A stretch of 64,000 nt of DNA from Azolla caroliniana. Its lineage: Eukaryota; Plantae; Polypodiophyta. The notes below the pieces were generated by a model. That model was not told where the DNA came from and searched no databases. It saw nothing but the letters and a program-made list of their open reading frames with translations. The stretch spans positions 22,568,001 to 22,632,000 of the forward strand of contig JBHGNT010000002.1 in the NCBI GenBank assembly GCA_043228905.1, given 5' to 3'. Below, in pieces: positions 13,401 through 23,458 of the stretch (its first letter is position 1; every line of letters starts with the position of its first letter). The translations under genes were made by a program, and so were the position numbers.

Positions 13401-15530
13401 TATGTCTCTGTCTTTATCGATGTCGCTAGGCCCGGTTAAGTTTAAACCTGGCAAAATGCACGTTCTTGGTCACAAGCGGCAACCTACTCGGGCACATCAT
13501 CAGTCAAGAAGGTATCGCCATGGACCCGGATAAAGTACAAGCCATCCTAAATGCCCCCACACCCTCAAACGCAAAAGGTCTCAGCCGATTTCTGGGACAA
13601 ATCAAATGGCACAGCCGGATGATACACCACCTGGCCGATTTCGCGACAACACTACACACGACGGTGCATTGAGTCCCCTTTCAATGGACTTCAATCGAGG
13701 ATGAGGCTTACCAAGATTTGAAATTAATGCTCTCGCATGCCCCAGTTATACAGCCCCCGATATGGTCGAAACCTTTTCACGTGTTCGTGGACGCATCAGA
13801 TATCACCATTGGGAGCGCACTTATGCAATGCATGCCCCCAATTTGGTATCGGCCAGTGTATTATGCTAGCCGACGTCTCTCAGCCGCGGAAAAGAACTAT
13901 TCAACCACTGAACGAGAGGCCCTCGGTATGATCTACAACATCAATAAATTTCGGCATTACCTCTTAAGCCGAAAATTCACATTTCACGTCGATCACTCGA
14001 CCCTCCTTTACCTTGTCAATAAATAGACCTTGACAGGTCGACTAGCTCGATGGATGCTCCTGTTACAAGAGTTTGATTTTCATATACAGTATCGACCTGG
14101 AGTCCAACACGCCATCGTTGACTACCTAAACCGCCTCGAGTCAGGACACCCTGCCGAGTCCACATATGACGATTTACCCGATGCCGGCCTATTTCATCTC
14201 ACAACGCTGCCAAACGACAAAGAAGATGAATGGATCACGGAGATGACCCATTTCCTTAGTATTGGCCTGCCTCCCGATCACATGGCCCTCGATGTGCGGA
14301 AACGACTCGCAGTACGTAGCCGAAACTTTTGTCTCATTTTCGACATCCTCTACCACAAAGGCTCGGACGGAATATGGTGTCGGGCAATTCAACAATTCGA
14401 GAAGAAGGCCATCCTCCAAGAGGCCCACCTAGGAATCGTCGATGGACACTACGTCGGAGAGTCCACGGTAAGGAAAGTATGGCAGAGTGGGTTATGGTGG
14501 CCTACAATGAAAAAGGATGCCCACGAGTTCTGTCGCTAGTGTGACTTGTGCCAACGGTTGGAATAACCGATGGAACAAGCTCGAATGCCACACCAACCCA
14601 TTCTTCCATTGGAACCATTTCAAAAATGGGGGTTAGATTTTGTGGGACCCTTCAAACCAGCCGCAGCCCGAAGCAATAATAAGTATATCATCGTGGCCAC
14701 GGAATACTGCACAAAATGGGTCGAGGCAAAGGCTTTACGAGACAACACAACAACATCTTTGGTGCCGTTATGGATGCCCAATTGAGCTCGTTAGTGACCA
14801 AGGTGGGCAGTTTATAAACCATATGATACGCGAGCTTACGACACACTACGCGGTTACATAAGAAAAGTACACCATACTACTTGCAGGCAAACGGATTGGC
14901 AGAATCGACTAACAAAATTCTCCAAAAAATCCTGAAGAAGATCGTCAACGAGAACCGCACCGATTGGGATGATAAGCTCCAGAGTGCACTATGGGCTTAT
15001 CACACTACATTCAAAACGAGCATTCAATCCACCCCCTTTCGGATGGCTTTTGGTCTCGAAGCCGTTATGCCCATCGAGTTCCAAGTTCCGAGTCTCCGAG
15101 TTCAAGTTAAAGCACAGCTCCCCGAGGCCCAATCCGAACAATTGAGGCTGGAACAACACCTCGAACTTGGTGAGGACCGAGTAGCGAGCATGACCCAACT
15201 TGAACAGTGCCAACGACAATAGAAAGCCTTTGTGAACCGACATCGGAAAGGATTGGAACAAGAAGTGACCATAGGCAAACCGGTCCTTGTTTTCCAGACA
15301 CGACTCGGTGCTATGCCAAGAAAGTTATGATTTCGATGGACCGGCCCCTTCTGGATTATTGACGAGTTTAATGGCAAGTTCCAGCTCGGCACCCTCGCCG
15401 GGGAAATTGTCAAAACCTGGGTGAATGGATTCCGACTGCGACCGTACTAGGGAAATACCCAAACCAACCCTTTCCCCGAATCTCACGACACGGACAATGC
15501 CATGAAGGAGGCCACGTGTCCCCCTCGGTA
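10420..15530 (+). pseudogene. Gypsy B gag-pol (gag, Zn knuckles, protease, RT, RNase H, integrase), disrupted
   Basis: Gag LSLDGPTARWY; CFKCNQLGHYATQC near 11570; protease IIDGG; RT NFLDGFNGYNQI and FLDDF; RH VDASD...YSTTEREALG; [26 protein letters not shown]. Many TAG/TGA stops. End coordinate approximate. Confidence 0.92.
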
Positions 15531-16060
15531 AGAACCCACCAACATTCCAAAGCGTACATTAGGTAGGATTAGGCATAGTTTTAGCAATTAGTTAGTTCCA
15601 CCTAAACCACCTACCACATCACCCAAATAACGTCATGTTAGAGGCACACACTAGTCACTTTCACATTCACTTAAGTATTTAAAGGCACATGCACAACATC
15701 CAAGGCACAACACTAACTCCCTAGGACACGTGGCCATAATATCCTATTATGGCATCCACAACCAAGAATCTCCAGGCTCCTCTTCATGCACAAAACCCTA
15801 GGCTTTCGCTAAAAAACAGTTACCCCAAACACACCCCACACACAGATGTTTTCTTGCACACCCAACCTTCATCGCTCACATGCTCTCAAGCCTCCTCTCG
15901 CTCTCAGCGCTTTCATCGCTCCCACCGCTCTTGCTCACAAGCCCTCTCTTGTCCTCGTAGCCCCTTTGTTGCACCACAACCATCTCCTTCCCTCACTCTG
16001 TCTCGGTCTGGTCTCATCCTCCTTCCCCAATCTTCCACACAACAGAACCCCGAGTCCATT

Positions 16061-19000
16061 ATGCCTCTTGCAGCTTCACAGGAAACCCGCTCCTGGCTTC
16101 AGGAACGAGGATTGGGTGGTTATTTAAAGGTGATCGATGCCCCTGCACACCCTGATGCCCAAGTGGTTGCACGCCGAATCCACCCGGACACAGTCACCAA
16201 CAATATGATTCGTGTTGCCTTGGACCTGAAGCGAGGAGGTGATCATGAAGTTGAGATTCCCCCTTCCACGACCTTGAAGGAATACTTTGGTGCGTATTCC
16301 ATATCTGGTAAGGCCTATCGCACCTACGAAGGATCCAACAAGGCATTCAGAGAAATCGCTCGCATCTTGATGGAGTACGCGTTCGTGCATACCAACCCTA
16401 CAAGTATGACACAGAACAAAGCGGCAATCATTATCAGTGCATACGAGGGAAACAAAATCGATTGGGGAATCATCACAAGCGAAGGAGTCCATGCGGCGCT
16501 CGAATCCTTCCAAACCGGTAAGCGTTTGTTGCCTGTGATCAATAACTTCCTCATAGTCCTCTACCCACCCCCTCCAGGTTCCCCTCGTCGCATCCTGACC
16601 TCTCCACCACCACCAGGGAAACAAAGGGAGAAGATTTTGGCGATAACCTAGGAAGAATGGGAAGACCCCTCGCCTTCTCCACCTCCCTCAAGTGGCGATA
16701 ACCCCACTTCCGCCTCGGCACCACCCCCACCAAAAACACAGAGACAACGGGCAGTAACAGCGATCCGTGTCAAATGGAACGAGGCTGAGGAGCCCTTCCC
16801 CGAGGATGTCACCATACGCCAGAAACCGCCAAGGACATTAATGACCTCTCTGCAACCGAGCCCACGACCCACAAGCCAGCAGCTCTCGGCCATTCGACAG
16901 CAAAAGAGGAAACAGGCCGAGGAGCCAACACCACTGGCCCCAGACGCACATGAGTAGCCGCAAAAAAGATGCCACATCATTCGAGAGGCAATCACAGAAA
17001 CCGAGGGCGACCATCATCAGAAATCAAAGGAGGCCAGCCCCACCTCCACGAACATGGTACCGGCGGAGTCATGGCTCCAAGTCGGTACGATCGAGCATGG
17101 ACAAACCGCGCAGATATTAGAGGAGGAAGTCCTCGGTTACAAAGATCTCCTCGCGGATGCATACGAGTTCAATGCATTACTTCGACTGGGCACAACATAT
17201 GAGTTAATGAATTTCCTCGCGCGCACCCAAGTAGTTGTCCCCCCTTGTATGGCCGAGGAGCACGCCGAAGCAAAGATGATTCAACGCGCTCTAATGCGTG
17301 AAATCGAACCTCACGAGGATTGAGCCTTATAGAAGATAGGACGGAAGAAGCAAGTACGGAATGCTTTGCTCCTTATGGAACTACCGGATCTGAACATGGC
17401 CTTAGTCGAGGCATATCGCAACTTGCACCACACTACTCGGGCAGCCAAGGATATGGTGCGATGTATCAAAACGGCGCATCAGCAAGCTAAACGGGCTACC
17501 GAATTATGGCAAGCTGTCGAGGAGAAACTGGCGGCATTCAAGCAGCAACACCTCAAACAACCGCCCTTAAGCCTCCCTGCGCCGAGTGACATTGTCTCAC
17601 CAGCCACTCTTCCGAACCCGAGCCCGAGTGCTGAAGGTACCGATGCACACAAGGACGACACGGCCCACCCCAAGGTAGCCACTACCGAGGCCAGCACAAT
17701 GATGGACTCGGTACAGACAAGTGAGCCATCGCCACGGGCAGATATCAGCCCGCACCCCCAAACCAACCAAGCCTCCACGCAAACGCCACCACCCCCGGTC
17801 GTCATGGAACGATCAACACAGACAGACGGGGAGCCCTCGCCCCAAATCCAGCAAGCGGCAACCCAGACAGGGCCTCCCCTTCGGGACTACCAGGAAGAGA
17901 TTCATGCCCAGATCGCTCTGGCCGATTTGGCAGAACAGAACCACAACAACATTCTTGCCCAACTACGGGAACAAGCCGCGAGCTGCGAAGCGAACCTCAA
18001 GCGATTGCTTGCTGAAAGGTCGGCCGCACTTGAAGCACAAGAACGAGAGGTGATGACCCTCCAGGTCTCTATCACTGAGGCTAAAGAACGTTTCATCAAA
18101 GAAACCGAGTGGAATAGCCAACGGGAACAAGAGCTCTTCGCAGACAACCAGGAATTACGACGTCATCAAAGAGCCTTACAGGACATGGCCAACGAACATA
18201 TGCAAAAGTGGAGGATCTCGGAGGAGCAACGAGCAAAAATTTCCGATGCATATCACCAGTTGCAAACCGAGTACATCGCCGTCAGAGAACAACATCGGGA
18301 CGCTTGGCGACAGGAAATGGACAAAACTGTAGCTCAGCTCACCAACCGTTATGAGCAAACCATTGCGCTCATCACTGAAAAAGCAAAAGATAATCAAGCT
18401 ACTTTAGCACTCTTCGCCCACAAAAGCCAAGCAAAAGCCAAAGCCGCAAGGGAGGTAATGGAAGTTCACCTCGCTAGCATCGGCATGGACGATACCAAAA
18501 TCAAGATCCTAATCAACAAGTATCGCCAGCAATTCACCACGAAGATCAAAGAAGCGCGTGGTCAGCCCAAGCCGCGGACCTACACATACTACGCGCGGAT
18601 GCCGAGAACCGACGGAAGGAGGGCCGAGGGTTTTACAAGATGGATGACACCAGCATCCAGACCCTCCGTGAAGACTTAACGGAGGAATATCATACCTTGG
18701 CAACATCCCACACCACGGCCATCGAGAAACTCTTGGAGGAATTCAACGACGATCTAATGGTGTTTCGTTTAGAAGCCGAAGCGTACGAGGAGGAACGACT
18801 CGCTACCGGGAGTCACAGAGCTCCCACCACCACCGAGCAAGGAACCGAGTCACTCCCCACGGCAGCTCGATCGGAGGAACCTACCCCTACCGACCTCCAC
18901 ATCCCAACCGAGTCACTCCCCACGGCAGCTCGACCAGAGGAACTTGCCCCTACCAACCTCCACATCCCAACCGAGCCCACTCACCATGGCAGTTAGACCG

Positions 19001-19210
19001 GAGGAACCTGCCCCATAGACCTCCACATCCCACCGGAGCCACAGACTATAACCCCGACCCTGCCTGAATCGGTCCCAACAGAGGAGGGCACACATGACGA
19101 CACCGCCATCCCCGACTCGGCAACACAACCTCCATCACCAACCCCACCTGCCGAGCAGCCAGCCCACCCACGCCCCCGAGGATATCCTCAGCATATTGGA
19201 AGAGGAATAA
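16061..19210 (+). pseudogene. Extra (env-position) ORF of Gypsy B, originally ~1050 codons
   Basis: ORFs 15749..16651, 17054..17323 and 17366..18679 share one frame separated by in-frame stops. Likely ATG at 16061, ending ...EDILSILEEE* at 19210 after compensating frameshifts. Globular N-terminus with GNKIDWG, Pro-rich linker, long coiled-coil-like region and 21-aa repeats. Confidence 0.75.
18843..19035 (+). repeat. 63-bp tandem repeat (~3 copies; TESLPTAARSEEPTPTDLHIP) in the extra ORF
   Basis: ACCGAGTCACTCCCCACGGCAGCTCGA...CTCCACATCCCA is repeated. Confidence 0.85.
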
Positions 19211-19307
19211 AACCAACCTATAAGCCCTCGTAGGAATGGGCAATTTTTGTAATTTGTGTTGTTTTGCCAAATCCATGGTGAACCGTGGGTCCGACGAACA
19301 AAGTCTT

Positions 19308-19324
19308 GTCCCACGGGCGTGCCA
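19308..19324 (-). other. Inverted PBS / tRNA-Arg 3'-end copy occupying the PPT position of Gypsy B
   Basis: GTCCCACGGGCGTGCCA-GG-TGTTG(LTR). The reverse complement TGGCACGCCCGTGGGAC matches the element's own PBS at 10 of the first 11 nt. The tRNA-Arg assignment is from memory. Confidence 0.8.
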
Positions 19325-20299
19325 GGTGTTGTCCATAGGGCAGAAATATAAATTAGTTAAATGTAATACGCCGGTAGGTAAGGCGAGTAGGTAAGGAAGG
19401 TAGAGTTAGGAAAACGCCAAGTTTCGAGCCTCACAGTCAGCCGACCGCTTGGCTCCGTATGAAGAAAAAGTATATAAACCGAGGTCTGCGTACCTCGGCA
19501 AGGGGAGAGATACCTAGATCATTCTGAGCGAGAGTAATATCATAGGAGCAAGCTCTGTACGTACTGTTTCCGGCTGAGGCCGAGTACTGTAATCACTGTA
19601 AGCTTTATCATGGAATATAAGTTTCGTCTTTTCTAAACTCCTATCTGTGTATTCTCCCCGTACTCGTAATTCGGGCTACGTTCATACTTAACGGGTTGTA
19701 GCCCGTGTACGATCCTTGTTCTCTTTTTTTCCCCGTGTAGAAGAAGCTTCCACGTAACACGGTCCCTTGATACCGATAGCCTGTGGGCTCATCGAAGGTG
19801 TTTTCCAAAGGAACAGATAACATATTTGACCATCAACATCGATTGCAGGTCGAAGAAGGACGATGGCTTCTCCCGGGTGCAAATTACTGTCCGGAATTGC
19901 TCGTACCGTTGTGATAGACCACCGAGGCAGATCTGGACCATCTCGTCACCCACTGCCACCTTGATGGACCCGAGCGCATCACAGATCTCCTTGATCTTGA
20001 TGGTGTAGTCGGTAACCAACATGTCCCGTTGCCGGATACTATTGAGCTCTTGTCGGAGCTACAACTTCCGAGCCATGGTACTCGCGGCGAAAATCTTCTA
20101 GAAATTTTCCCAGGCCTCCTTTGGTGACTTTGTTTGTCTGATGTAGTTGAGCATTTGGGCATGCACACAAGGCGCGAGGCAATACAATACTCTACTCACT
20201 CCTTGCTCCCATGTTGGGAAGTCCTTGTGTGCCAAATCCGACGCTGCTACATTTGCTCTTTCCACGTAGCTCCAGTATTCGTGCCCCAACAGGTACTAA

Positions 20300-20784
20300 T
20301 GTCACATTCTAGACTTGAACCTCTTAACTTTTAACACATAGTACATTGTGTTGTGTTAACCATATGGAAAGTCTTGTGAACTGTCCACATTCGATTGTGA
20401 ACTTGAATATATATTGTAGAGTCTAGTGTATAGTACATTCAAGAATATTCTTGTCGTTAATATATTCTAGAATTATTCTATGGTATATTCTCGAGATATT
20501 TCTCGAGTATATTCTAGAGATATTCAATCTTAGAACATGTATAAATACTTCTAACCTCCTTGATCCCTTTCAAGGGATTCAACGCCAGTCATTGACACAT
20601 CAATCTAGTATTCTTGTTTTGCCTCATCTTTGTCTCCTTGATCTTTATTTCTATCTTCATGCCCTCATGTCACTCACAACATCTAGAGTTCCTAGCCTCG
20701 TCACATCTAGCTCCAAGTTCATCCGTTGCTCATAGCCCCATCATCTGTGCTCCGTCCTAGTCCGCGCTTGGTGTGTTTATGACA
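20300..20784 (+). mobile_element. Solo LTR (485 bp) inserted in Copia A gag
   Basis: Termini TGTCAC...TGACA with flanks ACTAA/ACTAG (decayed 5-bp TSD). Removing it rejoins gag WSYKMH-x-YLLGH. TATAAATA near 20540. TTCTAGAAT-type repeats resemble those in the LTR at 2414-2741. Confidence 0.85.
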
Positions 20785-21794
20785 ACTAGTGCATTTTATA
20801 CGACCAGGACACATAGTTACTCCGGTCGAGCTATTCTGTAGGAAGCAGATCGCCATGCTTCTATCCATATCTTTCTTCTCTCTTCTGTTCTTTACCGGTG
20901 ATTAGGTTTTGTCCGTTTTGAGCAGTTGTCGGCATTAGAGGTTCTCAACCCTCGTGCTCTAATACCATGTAAAAGTTAATATGTGGAAGCTAAGACAAAC
21001 TTGCCTAGTCCAGATAACAACAGAACATATAAATGAAGGTTTAATGGAAAGCTTGAATACAAGGAGAAACATAGAGAGAGCAAAACAGTAAAACTAAATT
21101 CAAACAATAATAACAACACTCTGTACATACAAATGTTCTACATACCACTTTTTATACAAGTCCTTAAAAGGACTAACGAAAGTACTAACATGTACTTCAA
21201 TGCTCATATGAGCGACTGACACTAACTCCAAGGAATATGCCTACGTACTAGGCTCAGACCGTAGTACAATCCGGTTCTCCGGTTCGGCTCCAGGTTATGG
21301 ATACTGATATATCTGGACACCAATCCGGTTACTTATCTGGTTCTCTATTCTGGATACAGATCTAGCTCTGACTTATTTAGCCGATCCGGATCCGATTGAG
21401 GTTGCCCGCTCAACACTAGATGTCAAGCATTCATGGGTTGTAGCAACTTCATCCACATACAATGTTTCACTCGCTTGAATTCGAACCATAGGTGAAACAT
21501 TTTCACGTCATACTTTTTGGAGTTAAGTTGATTGTCTCTGTGTTTGAGAATTTGACTAATGATTGAGAGTGCATATGTTAGATTGCGAAAGAAATGTGCA
21601 ATGAGAGAACTTTATATGATAATGTGTGGAAAACAAGCTCCAATGTGATAAAAACTAGAGCATTCTATTCAATTGTGATGCTTAGAATCATGAATTACTT
21701 GTTGAGAGCAAAAAATGCAAAGTTAAGGGCATAAACTATAACCCTTCATATTTATGGAGATGTCGAGAATATCATTGTATATCATCCGTGTTTA

Positions 21795-22146
21795 CAAAGA
21801 CATCAATTAATGTCATGGTATGTGGTAATACCCTATGGGAGTGTCATGGCCAACATCCATGACACACATGCATAGAGACATTGGGACTATGTTGTCATAT
21901 TGACACACATGCATAGAGACATTAGGACTATGTCGTCATATTGACACACAAAGACATCAATTAATGTCATGGTATATGGTAATACCCTATGGGAGTGTCA
22001 TGGCCAACATCCATGACACACATGCATAGAGACATTGGGACTATGTTGTCATATTGACACACATGCATAGAGACATTGGGACTATGTTGTCATATTGACA
22101 CACATGCATAGAGACATTAGGACTATGTCGTCATATTGACACACAC
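21795..22146 (+). repeat. Composite tandem repeat: ~70-bp block plus 41-bp unit (GACACACATGCATAGAGACATTGGGACTATGTTGTCATATT), arranged (A B B)(A B B B)
   Basis: Near-identical units are visible at 21861, 21902, ~22014, ~22055 and ~22096. Confidence 0.9.
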
Positions 22147-23400
22147 CCCTCCTCATTGCTATGCAATTCCATTGTATGTATACCCTCCTCTCCTCGATGT
22201 CATGTTCTCATATGTATACCCTCCTCTTGTTGGCGCATGTTGTTATATGTATACCCTTAGCTCCATGGTGTTATGTCATTGTATGTATGCACTCCTCTCC
22301 TTGGTGCCATGTTGTCATATGTATACCCTCTTCTCCTCGTTGTTATGTCATCGTATGTATACCCTCCTCTCCTATGTGATATATGGCATCATATGTATAC
22401 CCTCCTCTTCTCCGTATTATGTCATTGTACACCCTCATGTGTATCATAACACGTTGTCGCGGTATTCCGCGAGTACGTGTAGGATCCGAGGCGGGACCAC
22501 GAGGGTCTTGGACTAGGGAGTAGAGGAGAAGGAATAAGACACAAAATGGAAGCTTAGCTCAAGAGGAAAAGAGGAAGAATAGCACATAACCATAGAATAG
22601 AATAGATGGAGGCAAGATACACCCACAAGACAAGAAACATCAACATGCTATATTAAGAGTTCACAAAAGATTACAACCAAGGCCGTACCCAAAACGACTA
22701 CAAGAAAACCCTAACCGAATAAGTAAGCAAAGAAGCATAGAAACCTAAGAAGAAAACCCTAGAAGAAACCCTTAAAACCGAATAGAACCCCTCGACCTAA
22801 GTGGTATACCTCTCTCACTCAAAATAGGCAACCCCTTCACAAGAGACCCCTCACTCCCTTTTATAGTAGTAAGGGGTGAGGCACATTACAAAAGGAGAGG
22901 TTCTTTCAATGGTGAATATTTTTCCTTGATCTTAAATCGGTGGGCCTTTAACTCTCTCTCCTCTCACATTCACACTCAATGCCCACTACTCCCTACACCC
23001 ATTCTTCATGTACTTTCCCCTAGTCTACAAAGTGCACATCACCTTTATGCCTCTACGAACCTCATGGTGCACCTTTAGCACCTTAGATTATTACCCTTCC
23101 CCTTACATTTTGTTATCTTATTCTCATTATACAAATTTACAAGTGAATGTGCAATGTTGCACATCCCCATTTTATTCTGTCCTACCCGAGTTTCTCACCG
23201 TAGCCAGAAATCTTCACGACAACGTTCATTCTATGTCATCTTATGCACATGTACATACCCTCATCTACTCGGTGCTATGCCATTCAGCGTATGTATAACC
23301 CTCCTCCGCTTAGTGCTAGGTCATCATACATCCTCGTGTGTATCCGGAGACATCAATGCTTTATCATACATATATCATTCTATACCTTCTTCCTCTTCTT
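22146..23400 (+). repeat. Degenerate ~35-40 bp minisatellite (core ATGTATACCCTCCTCT), split by a solo LTR
   Basis: The core recurs ~8 times in 22170-22445 and again in 23245-23390. Confidence 0.75.
22455..23221 (-). mobile_element. Solo LTR (767 bp) with 4-bp TSD ACGT
   Basis: Termini TGTCGCG / CACGACA form an imperfect inverted repeat. ACGT is at 22451-22454 and 23222-23225. Minus-strand TATAAAAGGGAG near 22853-22865. Confidence 0.75.
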
Positions 23401-23458
23401 CTTAACCCCCCAAATCTTTTCATGTTTCAGAATTATCAATCCTACCCTTTTAGCAAAC

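Larger units (their letters stand above)
4738..19822 (+). mobile_element. Full-length Ty3/Gypsy non-chromovirus (Athila-like, no additional RNase H seen) element B with 5-bp TSD TATTT
   Basis: LTRs read TGTTGTCCATAGG...GATAACA. The 5' LTR is 4738-5023 plus 9883-10096 (split by Copia C) and the 3' LTR is 19327-19822. TATTT lies at 4733-4737 and 19823-19827. PBS TGGCACGCTCGGT is at 10102-10114. Confidence 0.95.
2742..21415 (-). mobile_element. Decayed host Copia element A (5' LTR 20968-21415, PBS 20956-20967, gag-PR-IN remnants), interrupted by Gypsy B and a solo LTR
   Basis: PBS TGGTATTAGAGC is adjacent to LTR TGTTGAGCGG...TTTTACA. Gag fragments at 20856-19828 (SWSYKMH, KSPKEAWEN, IKEICDALGSI) continue at 4737 downward through CWYCGKKDH, protease WYIDYGTSNHMT and integrase (HLKVFGSIAYVHVP...KCILVGY). 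Many stops and frameshifts. Confidence 0.85.

Noticed and set aside
4738-19822. Idea that Gypsy B is simply a minus-oriented element whose real PBS is at 19324
   Set aside because: Gag-pol, the extra ORF and the LTR TATA are all on plus, a plus-strand PBS exists at 10102, and no minus-strand PPT lies next to 10096.
21861-22146. CRISPR-like appearance of 41-bp repeats
   Set aside because: Units are head-to-tail without unique spacers, there are no cas genes, and the context is eukaryotic.
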